DNA from: an uncultured Candidatus Saccharibacteria bacterium
GTDB lineage: Bacteria; Patescibacteriota; Minisyncoccia; Phycocordibacterales; PALSA-1337
Assembly: GCA_964450345.1 (NCBI GenBank)
Contig: CAYVEL010000001.1
Location: 16,671-80,670 of the forward strand
Reading direction: 5' to 3'
Length of the DNA: 64,000 nucleotides
The notes under the pieces are model-generated. The model worked only from the letters and a program-made list of their open reading frames with translations. It was not told the DNA's origin and did not search any database. Made by a program: the position numbers and the translations under genes. This document shows, in pieces, positions 1 through 9,434 of this stretch; within the stretch, counting starts at the first letter, position 1, and each line of letters begins with the position of its first letter.

Positions 1-101
1 TCTATTTTTACATCATTAAGCAAAGAGGTAAAGGCGATTTTTTGTTCAGCTGGAACATGTGTAAGCGCACATGCAACATAGATTTTTAGAGGAGTTTTCA
101 T
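1..101 (-). CDS. 5' part of a CDS running off the window, possibly nucleoside 2-deoxyribosyltransferase-like
   Basis: Manual translation from ATG at 101: MKTPLKIYVACALTHVPAEQKIAFTSLLNDVKI..., open to the window edge; KIYVACAL resembles the NDT-like N-terminal strand. Confidence 0.5.
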   Translation of the reverse strand, partial: MKTPLKIYVACALTHVPAEQKIAFTSLLNDVKI

Positions 102-211
102 ATATAAAATCTATCCTAAACTACAACCCCAGATTACGCAATGATGAAACCAAAATAAGATATTTTAAATAGCTTTTGCTTATTGAGTAATTAATTCAAT
201 ATGATATATTC

Positions 212-430
212 AAAGTACTACTTCCCTTGAGTAAGGAACAGAAGTAGTCGTAGTTACTCAATCACCTGTGTTTTAGACGAAAAAATGAAGATCTCCAAAG
301 TAGTGGCAAGCGAAAGGAAGTAATTGCGGATCCACAATGCCGCAACGAAAACAAAAGATCTAATTTCCCCAGAGGCGGGAAACTAATCAACGTCAAAAAA
401 CTATATCTTAAAGATGACAGGTGGTTTTTT
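212..430 (+). ncRNA. Candidate structured non-coding RNA (unknown family)
   Basis: TTGCTT-18-TATGAT upstream (176-205); hairpin ACTACTTC/GAAGTAGT (217-248); closing helix AATCACCTGT(260-269)/ACAGGTGGTT(417-426) followed by a T-run; internal hairpins; no ORF. Confidence 0.4.
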
Positions 431-447
431 ATTTATATACCAATGAT

Positions 448-520
448 GAGAATCGATCGCGGGTTCTTTTTGCTTCACTCGGAGCGAGACTGCGATCAGA
501 CTTTCGATTCCTGCCGGGCA
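448..520 (-). repeat. tRNA-associated structured element, copy 1 (after tRNA-Arg TCT)
   Basis: Contains an inverted copy of the tRNA 3' end (TTCGATTCCTGCCGGG at 503-518) and shares GCAAAAAGAACCyGyGAyCGATTCTC with the element at 11272-11383. Confidence 0.7.
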
Positions 521-553
521 AATAAAAAAGCGACTTTCGTCGCTTTTTTATTT
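520..553. terminator. Bidirectional intrinsic terminator after tRNA-Arg(TCT)
   Basis: AAATAAAAAAGCGAC-TTTC-GTCGCTTTTTTATTT. Confidence 0.75.
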
Positions 554-556
554 ATG

Positions 557-628
557 TGCCCCCGGCAGGAATCGAACCCACATCAATGCCTTAGAAGAGC
601 ACTGCTCTATCCATTGAGCTACGAGGGC
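557..628 (-). tRNA. tRNA-Arg(TCT), CCA not encoded
   Basis: Reverse complement folds into a cloverleaf GCCCTCG...CGGGGGCA; anticodon loop CTTCTAA; T-loop TTCGATT. Confidence 0.95.
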
Positions 629-713
629 ATATTGGCACAGGAATAAATCATAAATCATTTAGACTGTTTTGTAAAGTTCAGAGAAAACTTAGGGGCCTGT
701 ATAACACTTAAGT

Positions 714-1034
714 CTAAAGAGAAGGATCCGGTATCTTAGAATTCTTACCAGAAACAACATCAGTATATATCTGATTTTTAATAACCTGCCTAGATAACAC
801 ATCATCCATCCCCTTCTTATTTAGAGAGACATTATCTACTTGAACACTCTCAACACTTATTCTATCTTCTGACACAGAATTAAATAAACTTACAGAATAA
901 ATAATACAAGGAATTAAAATTAAAATGCAGGCATTAACTAAAATTATCCAATCTAAATCTGGATTTAGTCCAATATCAGAAAGGTTTATTTTTCTTGAGC
1001 TTCCTATTTTTTGTACAGAAAAATGTAATTTCAT
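714..1034 (-). CDS. Small membrane protein at the end of the pilMNO cluster
   Basis: One TM helix; tightly linked to the pilO-like gene. Confidence 0.6.
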   Translation of the reverse strand: MKLHFSVQKIGSSRKINLSDIGLNPDLDWIILVNACILILIPCIIYSVSLFNSVSEDRISVESVQVDNVSLNKKGMDDVLSRQVIKNQIYTDVVSGKNSKIPDPSL

Positions 1035-1037
1035 AAA

Positions 1038-1592
1038 TTATTTGCTTTTAGTTAGCACAGAGAAACTAATACCAGCACGCCACATCTGAACTTCATTTGG
1101 TTTAATTATTTCTGATCCAGTCTTATTGAATTGAACATTATTTAAAACAATCTTATAAGGAAGACTCTCTAGAGTTAAAACGAATCTGGTAACCTTATCC
1201 CAAGAACCAATAATATTTACATTGAAATCTAATTGTCCGACCAAAGCCTGCTGTTCATCTTTTTTAGTATTATCAGAAAGATTACCTATATCTAGCTTTA
1301 CCCCTACTAGGTCTGCCGTCTTTTCGATCTGCTCAATAAATTTAACAGTGTCGTTATAATCAACAAAAGACTGGTCAATTTTCTCTCTATCTCCCTTTGA
1401 ACTTAAACTCAAATTCTTAACACCTTTATAGTATTCAGACATTTTCTGCTTAGAAATCACATTGGTTATATTCGTATCAGCCTCAACTTTCATTGAAGAA
1501 ACCCTGTCTAAAAGAATGTAATTAAGAAATATAGATACTCCGAAGATACCTATTGATAAGACCAGTATTAATATGTATTTATTATTATTCAT
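1038..1592 (-). CDS. pilO: PilO-like type IV pilus assembly protein
   Basis: N-terminal TM, coiled coil, C-terminal GSWDKVTRFVLTLESLPY motif; follows pilM/pilN. Confidence 0.7.
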   Translation of the reverse strand: MNNNKYILILVLSIGIFGVSIFLNYILLDRVSSMKVEADTNITNVISKQKMSEYYKGVKNLSLSSKGDREKIDQSFVDYNDTVKFIEQIEKTADLVGVKLDIGNLSDNTKKDEQQALVGQLDFNVNIIGSWDKVTRFVLTLESLPYKIVLNNVQFNKTGSEIIKPNEVQMWRAGISFSVLTKSK

Positions 1593-1593
1593 A

Positions 1594-2127
1594 TTAGTAG
1601 TTTGTCTTTATTGTAAAAGAGAAGTTAATATTAGAGCTCTTAACAAAACCAGAAATGGGAACTGCTGGATCTCCGAACCTAGAATCAGCCTTCAATTTCT
1701 TAACAAAAGAATCTAAATCCTCTCTACTAGGAGCTAGAGCATCTCCAGAAATCACTATCTTTCCATCTGTGTCTCTTTTAGCAGAGACAGACTTAATCAC
1801 AATATTTTTCTTAAGAAGAATTAGATCCTTAATTGGTGCTGTTATAGAAATATCTTCCTTAACATTCAATTTATCTATTAATTCATTCGCATTTTTAATC
1901 TCAGAAATATACTTCTCCTCTTCTTCCCCAAGATTGTCTTTATCAGATTGTTTAAGTCTATTTTTTGCTTCATCCACCTTAACACTGCCATAAAAATAAG
2001 CTGGTAAATTAGAGAAAAAGAAAATTAGAGAAACAGCAGTAAGAGCAAAAAAACAAAGTGATACAAGCCTTAATCTGTATTGCGAAGTAATTATTTTCTT
2101 TTGTTGTTCTGGAATAAATGAAAACAT
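1594..2127 (-). CDS. pilN: PilN-like type IV pilus assembly protein
   Basis: N-terminal FIP motif plus TM; C-terminal ISGDA...DLDSFVKKLK; directly after pilM. Confidence 0.7.
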   Translation of the reverse strand: MFSFIPEQQKKIITSQYRLRLVSLCFFALTAVSLIFFFSNLPAYFYGSVKVDEAKNRLKQSDKDNLGEEEEKYISEIKNANELIDKLNVKEDISITAPIKDLILLKKNIVIKSVSAKRDTDGKIVISGDALAPSREDLDSFVKKLKADSRFGDPAVPISGFVKSSNINFSFTIKTNY

Positions 2128-2132
2128 ATATT

Positions 2133-3116
2133 TTATCTTCCTTTAATAGCTAAACCTATAGCTGTCGCAAACTTTAAAGATTCTTCCCTATTTATTTCTG
2201 GAGCCTGATGAGCGGTATCACAAATATTTACCCAGACATTCGCTACCTCTACAGTGGGTTTAGATACTTTTCTAAGTTTATCTACGAATTCACGATTATC
2301 AGCATTTCTACCACAAATAATTATAGTATCTATTTCCTTTGCTGGCTCTTTGCTATACCAATAAGATTCCACCATTTCAATCTCTCTAAACAAATAAGCT
2401 AGAGTATCTGGTTTTCCATCTATCATAAAGTTATCTGGAATTTCTTTATCTACTAAATTAATAGTAGAAGTGTATCGAACTATTCCGTCTGAAACTAAAA
2501 ATAGTCCGGCTGCGCGTTCGTTATAATCCACCACCACCTTATGACCCTTATCACCTCTATGGACTACTGCTCTAACTAGAGGTCTACCCTCCACTTCCAT
2601 GGAATGTGTAACGAAACCAGCCTCATTAATTACAGAACTGTAATCTTCTACTATTCTAGAATGCATAGCTGTTACTGATACGAAAACTTTTTCAGAATCC
2701 TTACCTCTCGTTTCGATAATATCAAATTCAAATAATGTCTCTGCGGGAGAAATTGGAATATTTTCTTCTAAAATAAATTCAATGTTTCTTTTTATTGTTT
2801 TATCATCTCCATTACCCACCTCAGCAGTGAAAAGAAAACTCTTTTCTTCAGGAAGAGATGCGTTTACATAGGGAGTAGGACTAATTTTTCTAAGCTTTTT
2901 TAAAGCTTCTACCATTTTTTGTCTATCTAAAATCTGTCCGGAATCCATGACACCCTTAGGGATTGGTACTTCTGCGTATTTACCTAAAACTAAACGTCCC
3001 CCCTTCTCTTTTATCTCTGTTAAAAACAAAGCTTCGTCGGTAATATCTAAACCGACCCAACTAATTTTCAGAAAATGTGGTGGAGGAAAAATTTTAGTTA
3101 GTGTATCTACGAGCAT
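2133..3116 (-). CDS. pilM: Type IV pilus assembly protein PilM
   Basis: Actin-like fold motifs VGLDIT, IIICG, FATAIGLA. Confidence 0.85.
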   Translation of the reverse strand: MLVDTLTKIFPPPHFLKISWVGLDITDEALFLTEIKEKGGRLVLGKYAEVPIPKGVMDSGQILDRQKMVEALKKLRKISPTPYVNASLPEEKSFLFTAEVGNGDDKTIKRNIEFILEENIPISPAETLFEFDIIETRGKDSEKVFVSVTAMHSRIVEDYSSVINEAGFVTHSMEVEGRPLVRAVVHRGDKGHKVVVDYNERAAGLFLVSDGIVRYTSTINLVDKEIPDNFMIDGKPDTLAYLFREIEMVESYWYSKEPAKEIDTIIICGRNADNREFVDKLRKVSKPTVEVANVWVNICDTAHQAPEINREESLKFATAIGLAIKGR

Positions 3117-3133
3117 TGTAAATTAATTATACA

Positions 3134-3742
3134 CTACTTTACTGCTCTTTTTTCTTTGATTATGTGGAATATTGGAGGGAGTATCGAAAGCAATATAATT
3201 AGCGCGATTATCGGTAATAAATATTTATCAATATCCGGAATCATTCTACCGAGTGTAAATCCAGCCATTGTCACACCCACAATCCATATAAAACCACCGA
3301 CAATATTGTATCTTAAGAAGACACTATAATTCATTTTTCCTATACCAGCTAAAATCGGTGCGAAAGTTCTGACCACAGGCACGAATCTGGCTAATATTAT
3401 GGTCTTTTTACCATGTTTATCATAAAACTTCTGAGCTTGTTCTACGCGTTTTTTACTAAAAAATAATGATTCTTCTTTAGTGAAAAATTTCTGTCCCATC
3501 TTCCTACCGAAAGCATATCCAGTCGAATCTCCTAAAACAGCAGCGACAAAACCTACTATTAGCAAAACAGTTAAATCCAAATAACCCTTAGAAGCAAAAA
3601 GTCCGGCTGTGAACAAAAGAGAATCCCCGGGTAAGAAAAAACCAATAAGTAATCCAGACTCTGCAAAAATAGCAACTATAACCCCTACCAGACCGAGAGA
3701 TGAAATAATAAATTTTGGATCAAGTAAATCTGTAAGGTTCAT
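3134..3742 (-). CDS. dedA: DedA/VTT family membrane protein
   Basis: FAESGLLIGFFLPGDSLLFTAG and ARFVPVVRTFAP motifs. Confidence 0.93.
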   Translation of the reverse strand: MNLTDLLDPKFIISSLGLVGVIVAIFAESGLLIGFFLPGDSLLFTAGLFASKGYLDLTVLLIVGFVAAVLGDSTGYAFGRKMGQKFFTKEESLFFSKKRVEQAQKFYDKHGKKTIILARFVPVVRTFAPILAGIGKMNYSVFLRYNIVGGFIWIVGVTMAGFTLGRMIPDIDKYLLPIIALIILLSILPPIFHIIKEKRAVK

Positions 3743-3782
3743 AAAGTTCTTTATCTATATTTTGTTTATTTTTTACTAAACT

Positions 3783-4151
3783 TTATTTAGCCTTAGTTCC
3801 TGCTGGAATATTAGAAGGTTCAAGTAAAGAAAAGGCACCCTCTGGAGTAGATACAGCCAGAATCATTCCGTTACTCTCTAGCCCTCTAATAGTACGAGGC
3901 TCTAGGTTAGTGACGAACATGCATGTTTTACCTACAAGCACTAGAGGATCAGGATAATATAGAGAAATTCCAGAAACTATCTGACGAGGAGCAGGAACTG
4001 TGCTTTTCTCCCCTGTTTCAGAAATCACCTCTTTAGTTTCATTAAAATCCACCACCAATCTAAGTAGCTTATCTGCATTAAGAACCTTTTCAGCACTCAA
4101 TATTTTACCGGCTGTAATTTCTACTTTAGAAAATTCGTCGTAATTAATCAT
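3783..4151 (-). CDS. Stand-alone tRNA-binding OB domain (MetRS C-terminal/Trbp111/CsaA-like)
   Basis: INYDEFSKVEI, ADKLL, RQIVSGI, NLEPRTIRGLESNGMILA. Confidence 0.88.
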   Translation of the reverse strand: MINYDEFSKVEITAGKILSAEKVLNADKLLRLVVDFNETKEVISETGEKSTVPAPRQIVSGISLYYPDPLVLVGKTCMFVTNLEPRTIRGLESNGMILAVSTPEGAFSLLEPSNIPAGTKAK

Positions 4152-4194
4152 ATTTATTTTATTTATTCTTTATATATTAAATTTAAATTTAAAT

Positions 4195-4593
4195 TTATTT
4201 CTTACCATTGTGATTATTAACTGTATCCATATAACTCTGAAGAATAATCGCGGCGGCGGAAGCATCAAGCATATGATTCTTTCCCTGCAATCTTTCAGCT
4301 TGCATACTAGTTAGAAATTCTGGATGAAAAACTGTTTTTAATTTTAAATCATTTTCGAGTTTAGCCTTAAAGTCTTTAACTTGTCCCATTATCTTATTCT
4401 CTTTTCCTGAATAATCGCGAGATTCACCAATAACTACAAGTTCAATATCATGATCAGAACAAAGCTCTCCTACTCTACTAACTAAACTCTTATTATTTTC
4501 AAAAACCTCGAAAGGAAAAGCTATAGTCTTAGCCTCATCTGAAAAAGCGAGCCCCACCCTCTTCTCTCCGAAATCTATACCTAAATATTTCAT
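4195..4593 (-). CDS. ruvX: Holliday-junction-resolvase-like RuvX/YqgF (pre-16S rRNA nuclease)
   Basis: YLGIDFGEKRVGLA, EFLTS, DASAAAIILQSY. Confidence 0.92.
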   Translation of the reverse strand: MKYLGIDFGEKRVGLAFSDEAKTIAFPFEVFENNKSLVSRVGELCSDHDIELVVIGESRDYSGKENKIMGQVKDFKAKLENDLKLKTVFHPEFLTSMQAERLQGKNHMLDASAAAIILQSYMDTVNNHNGKK

Positions 4594-4715
4594 ATATTTC
4601 TATTATAACCGTAATGCTATCTAAAGGCTAAACCCCTAAAACCACGCCGTTCTAAAATCTAGCTTAACTCTTCCATTTTAAATAAAATATGATAATATAA
4701 CTTTCCATAAGATAT

Positions 4716-4805
4716 GGAGGAGTGCCAGAGTGGTCTAATGGAACAGTCTTGAAAACTGTCGCCTTCGCAAGGGGGCCGTGAGTTCGAATCTCACCTCCTC
4801 CGCCA
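4716..4805 (+). tRNA. tRNA-Ser(TGA)
   Basis: GGAGGAG...CTCCTCCGCCA; anticodon stem ACAGT/ACTGT with loop CTTGAAA; long variable arm. Confidence 0.96.
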
Positions 4806-4843
4806 AATTAAAAACAACTGACTTCTGTCAGTTGTTTTTAATT
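4806..4843 (+). terminator. Intrinsic terminator after tRNA-Ser
   Basis: AATTAAAAACAACTGAC-TTCT-GTCAGTTGTTTTTAATT. Confidence 0.75.
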
Positions 4844-4844
4844 T

Positions 4845-4965
4845 CGGAGAATAGGTATGATGAGAAAGGCGGAGGTATATTGCGAGCAGAAGCGAGCAAT
4901 ACCGAGCCGGGACCGCGGAAATTTTCAAGCGGCAGCGAGAAAATTATCCGTGGTCGAATCTCACC
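4845..4965 (+). repeat. tRNA-associated structured element, copy 2 (after tRNA-Ser)
   Basis: Degenerate antisense of the tRNA 3' end, two GC-rich hairpins (GACCGCGGA/TCCGTGGTC), ending in TCGAATCTCACC (4954-4965) identical to tRNA 4784-4795. Confidence 0.7.
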
Positions 4966-5009
4966 ACCAAACCCTAGACTTCCTCCCCATTAAGCGCGAC
5001 AATACACTA

Positions 5010-5477
5010 ATGAAAAAAGCCACCATAACCTTCTGTGTGAAAGACGACCAGGTCTTACTAGCCATGAAAAAAATCAGCTTCGGATCAGGAAAGCTTAATG
5101 GTTATGGAGGAAAAATCGAACTAAACGAAACTCCAGTAAACGCAGCAGTCCGTGAATTAAGAGAAGAATCTGGACTCATCGCTGACCCTAAAGACTTAAG
5201 ACAAGTAGCTCTAATTAATTTTTATTTTGCTGGAGAAGCTATTTTTGAATGCTATATTTTTATAACAAATAAATGGACTGGTGAAGCAATAGAAACTGAA
5301 GAGATGTCACTACCAAAATATTATCCAATCTCTAATCTCCCCTTCGACCAAATGTGGGCTGCTGATACAAAGTGGATTCCTCTGATCTTAAATGGCGAAA
5401 CAATAGCCGCTGATATAGACTTCAGTAAGGATGGAAAAGTCGTAAATAGGTTTGAATATAAGGCTAAAATCTTCTAA
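5010..5477 (+). CDS. NUDIX hydrolase (8-oxo-dGTPase, MTH1-like)
   Basis: Nudix box GGKIELNETPVNAAVRELREESGL; MWAADTKW; start moved to ATG 5010 because the upstream extension lies in the tRNA-linked element. Confidence 0.9.
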   Translation: MKKATITFCVKDDQVLLAMKKISFGSGKLNGYGGKIELNETPVNAAVRELREESGLIADPKDLRQVALINFYFAGEAIFECYIFITNKWTGEAIETEEMSLPKYYPISNLPFDQMWAADTKWIPLILNGETIAADIDFSKDGKVVNRFEYKAKIF

Positions 5478-5543
5478 TTTTATCCCTATAAATAAAGCAC
5501 TTTATATAGTATCATTGATATAAATTAAATTCATATCAAATCG

Positions 5544-8500
5544 ATGACTAAAAACATTGTGTACTGTTTTATAGCCGTGCTAGCAATACTAACTATTTCC
5601 AAAGCTAATATTGCGATGGCTTATGACACAGTCATGCCTCCTTGTTATGTATATAATTCATCCCTATATACTAGTGGTACACAAAACATAACTCTTTTCT
5701 TAAAAGACGGAACTACAAAATCTGCAACAATAGCAAATCAGTCTACTCCCACAATATTAAGTAAAATCGGTTTTACAGCTAATAAAACATATTCCAATGG
5801 ACAGACAACTACATGTGCTACAGAAGCTTGGTGGTCATATTATCCAAACTACTGGTTAGCCAACACATGGATAAATAAAGAAATAACTCTATCAAACAAT
5901 ACAAGCGTTACATTTGATGGCTTCCCTGTCTGGATTAAAGATATAGTTAACGAAATACCAACAAACAGTTACAGCACAGACGGATATGGTTCTTACTGGT
6001 TCGACATTGACCCTTTTGTATATAACGGAATCGGAGATTTAAAAAATATAGCCGATGAAGATGCCGTTATTAAAGATATCGACACCAATAAAAAAATAAA
6101 CTTCAAACTAGGAAGTTCTGTTTCATATGATGTATCTAATTACACAGTAGATCAATCTGTATGGCCAAATAAAGAATATGACTTAATGTCAGCCCCTGCT
6201 ACCAACTGTGCCCTACTATCGGGAAACGCATCTAGTGATTCAATCAAAGTGGTATTCATGAGAAATGATGACACCGACGGAGTTTCTGATTTCCTAGACC
6301 AGGCATTAAAAATGAGAGACGGTATGGTCTCGAGAGTAGAAAATCCAGCTATATATACTTTTTACGCAGACTTAAAAAAGTGGCCAAAATCTAGTTCGAT
6401 AAGTTCAAGCTGTGGAACTGCTAATCAGTATATTTATATACCAAATGAAACTTATGTAATCACAGTTGCTGGTGGAATAACAAAGACAGTAAATGATCCA
6501 ATATTCTCTTGGGTTGATGCGAATATTACTAAGCCAAACGGTTTCGATCCTACAATAAGAATTCCTTCTTGGGGACACAGCGTGGCTCACAATACAAATC
6601 TTCTTCGTAAATATATTGAGTTAGGATTAGCTAGTGGTAAAAAAGTATTAGTCTTAGGTCATTCTATGGGTTCCCTAATCGCATACAATGTAATTACTAA
6701 AGAATATCAGGGTCAACCAGTAGTTGGAGTATATATTGATCCACCATACGCAGAAGATATATACAATGTAGTATTTTCAAGAATGATACCTGGAGTTTCT
6801 ACATTATTTAACAATGCATTAGCTGGAGGTATAGCTACTGACCCTGGATCAGAAATATGGACTCAAGGTAGAGGTCTAGTAAAAATGTGGACTCATGACC
6901 CATTCGGTCACGCTACATGGGACTCTACGATCATAGCCAACCTTCAACATCTAGCTAATTTCGTAAACGGACCTAGACTAATTGCTTTAAATAATTCCAC
7001 AATATCCCCTACTATACCAAGTGCACAAACAGCAATGGTAGACGCTCCTATTATTAAAAATTATTCTGCTGACTATGTAGACGGAGGAACTCTTGCGCCG
7101 GGTAAAAATCTAAAAATATATGCCGACAATCTAAGTCAGTATGGTAATAATATCTACATAGAAAATAAAATAGACCCTTCTATATCGTATTCTTTCTACG
7201 GACTACTACCTACTGATAATTACCTAAACATCACGCTTCCAGATATGCCGGATATAACCACAGAAACAGAACCAGGAGATTACTATGTTTACATAAGCGG
7301 ACGTGATAGCGAATTTTCAACACCAATCACAATTACAATAGATAGCGAGACCACTATTCCAGCTCCTACTATTTCAACAATATCAGGTACAACAGTACAA
7401 GGTGGTACAGTTACAGTGACAGGATCTGGATTTAATATTGGTAAAAATAACGTACGATTAGTAGTAGCCAACCCATCTGGAACAGTGAACAGTTTCAGTC
7501 ATCAAGTAGCGAACGCGCTAAGTGCATTTTGGGAAATGACAAAATCATTCTTCACCACCTCAAAAGCTCATAGCCAGACAGCATCAGTAGTACCTTACTA
7601 TGTCACAACAGCAGATTCTATAGACGGAAGATCTATAACATTTTCAATTCCTAATGACATAGCTCCAGGAAAATATACTGTTCAAGTTTCTCAACCAAAT
7701 GGAACATGGAGTGACGGATCTGTTATATCAATAGAAAAATCTTCATCTGGAAATACAGGAAGTGGTAGCGGAACAGTCATAGATGCTTCAACACCTACAA
7801 TGATATATAGATGTGACAGTACTTATGGATATTCTTTCAGAGACGAGAACCCAAACAAGGCTAACAACTACTCATTATTTAAAGATAAATATCTTTGTTA
7901 CAAAGCGAATGGTCAATCTGAAAACCCCCTTGAAGTAGGTTTAATATGTACAGATAACGGATACACCCTATATAGAAATAACAAAACTTGTTTATCAACA
8001 AAAACAGGTATAGATATACCTGTAACAGGAGCTAAAGCAACATATACATGTTCTTTAAATTGGTCGAAAACAGCTGTTCCAAACTTCTGTGTTAATTACT
8101 TAGGAAAGTGGGACTATGCCAATGAAACTCTATCCTGTCCTATTGGATACAACCTACAAAACAACAAGTGTTATATAAATAACATTAAAGGTCTAACAGC
8201 AAAATCAACAGAACTAGGAAAAGTATCCATCAGCTGGGATAAAAATATAATTCTTTTTGCAAAGTCATTTGTCATAGAAAGAGCAATATCTTCAACTAGC
8301 CCATTTTCATCTATTGCAACAATAAACGCTTCTTCAACAAGCTATATTGATATCAATCTTCCATATGACACTTCGTATGCATACAGAGCAAAAGTAATCA
8401 GAACAAACGATCAATATTCTTCATCTTCAAATATCGCGAGCGTAACAGTAAAAGGATACTCTGCACCTGTAGTATCAAAAGGATCCACAGCAATAACCGC

Positions 8501-9434
8501 AACATCAATTCCTATAATCATTAAAAGCACCGAAAAAGTTCCTTACTTTAATGTGTACACCTCATCATCTACAACCCTAGTAGCCAAAGCTACATCAACA
8601 CTAACAATTAGTAATCTAAGCCCAACTACAAAATACTGCTTCGTAGCATCAGGATATGTAAATGATAATTACTCAACAAAACTATCAGCACCATATTGTG
8701 CAACAACCCTATCTCCTATTGCGCCCGTATCTCTATCAATCGCAAGCAATAGTAGCGGTAAAATAAAACTGGCTTGGAGTAATAATAACGCAAAAAGTTT
8801 CAATTATATTTCTATAGAAAGAAGTATTGGAACAACAACTAACTTCTCAGAAATAGGAAACTCAACATCAACATACTATATAGATTCAACAGTTAGTCCA
8901 AAAACAAATTACTACTATAGAGTAAGAATTTCATATCCTTTTGGTTTTAGTGCATATTCAAATATCAAGCCAGTAACAACAGGAAGCTGGACTGTAACAA
9001 CTAATACTGCTACAACATCAACAGTTGTATCTAAATTAGTAACCAAAACAGCAACATCAACAGACAGTACTCAAACTAATACGATCAATGAATCGAAAAC
9101 ATCAGTAACCACAGAAAACAACATAACAGTAACGCCTACCCCAACTCCTACTTCTACTCCTGTTCCAACATCAACCCCTACTCCAACCCCTACACCTACA
9201 ACAAGCTCAACAATAATTAAAAAAGCCACAATAAGCGGCTATACATGTCCCATTGGTTATACATATAACACCGTATCCAAAACATGTAAAACAAATAGCA
9301 CTCGTACAAACACTGAGAGCACAAACCACGCAACACCCACACAAGCGCCAACAATAGTAAGCCCTATTCCTATATACTCTTGTCCTTCTGGATACACACT
9401 AAATACAGTTACAGCAACCTGTAGTAAGCATTAA
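5544..9434 (+). CDS. Large secreted/surface protein: alpha/beta-hydrolase-like region, IPT/TIG and FN3-like domains, PT linker, Cys-rich CPxGY repeats
   Basis: Signal peptide; VLVLGHSMGS nucleophile elbow; GGTVTVTGSGF (IPT); YxYRVR/YAYRAK (FN3); TPTPTP; CPIGY/CPSGY. Confidence 0.75.
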   Translation: MTKNIVYCFIAVLAILTISKANIAMAYDTVMPPCYVYNSSLYTSGTQNITLFLKDGTTKSATIANQSTPTILSKIGFTANKTYSNGQTTTCATEAWWSYYPNYWLANTWINKEITLSNNTSVTFDGFPVWIKDIVNEIPTNSYSTDGYGSYWFDIDPFVYNGIGDLKNIADEDAVIKDIDTNKKINFKLGSSVSYDVSNYTVDQSVWPNKEYDLMSAPATNCALLSGNASSDSIKVVFMRNDDTDGVSDFLDQALKMRDGMVSRVENPAIYTFYADLKKWPKSSSISSSCGTANQYIYIPNETYVITVAGGITKTVNDPIFSWVDANITKPNGFDPTIRIPSWGHSVAHNTNLLRKYIELGLASGKKVLVLGHSMGSLIAYNVITKEYQGQPVVGVYIDPPYAEDIYNVVFSRMIPGVSTLFNNALAGGIATDPGSEIWTQGRGLVKMWTHDPFGHATWDSTIIANLQHLANFVNGPRLIALNNSTISPTIPSAQTAMVDAPIIKNYSADYVDGGTLAPGKNLKIYADNLSQYGNNIYIENKIDPSISYSFYGLLPTDNYLNITLPDMPDITTETEPGDYYVYISGRDSEFSTPITITIDSETTIPAPTISTISGTTVQGGTVTVTGSGFNIGKNNVRLVVANPSGTVNSFSHQVANALSAFWEMTKSFFTTSKAHSQTASVVPYYVTTADSIDGRSITFSIPNDIAPGKYTVQVSQPNGTWSDGSVISIEKSSSGNTGSGSGTVIDASTPTMIYRCDSTYGYSFRDENPNKANNYSLFKDKYLCYKANGQSENPLEVGLICTDNGYTLYRNNKTCLSTKTGIDIPVTGAKATYTCSLNWSKTAVPNFCVNYLGKWDYANETLSCPIGYNLQNNKCYINNIKGLTAKSTELGKVSISWDKNIILFAKSFVIERAISSTSPFSSIATINASSTSYIDINLPYDTSYAYRAKVIRTNDQYSSSSNIASVTVKGYSAPVVSKGSTAITATSIPIIIKSTEKVPYFNVYTSSSTTLVAKATSTLTISNLSPTTKYCFVASGYVNDNYSTKLSAPYCATTLSPIAPVSLSIASNSSGKIKLAWSNNNAKSFNYISIERSIGTTTNFSEIGNSTSTYYIDSTVSPKTNYYYRVRISYPFGFSAYSNIKPVTTGSWTVTTNTATTSTVVSKLVTKTATSTDSTQTNTINESKTSVTTENNITVTPTPTPTSTPVPTSTPTPTPTPTTSSTIIKKATISGYTCPIGYTYNTVSKTCKTNSTRTNTESTNHATPTQAPTIVSPIPIYSCPSGYTLNTVTATCSKH

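Noticed and set aside
443-646. 67-aa ORF on the + strand
   Set aside because: Antisense to tRNA-Arg(TCT) and runs through its terminator and the associated element
4778-5009. ORF 4778-4993 and the N-terminal extension of the NUDIX ORF from 4857
   Set aside because: They overlap tRNA-Ser and the structured element; the NUDIX domain starts at ATG 5010
9130-9200. Tandem-like ACNCCN repeats
   Set aside because: Coding Pro-Thr linker of the surface protein, not a CRISPR or VNTR element
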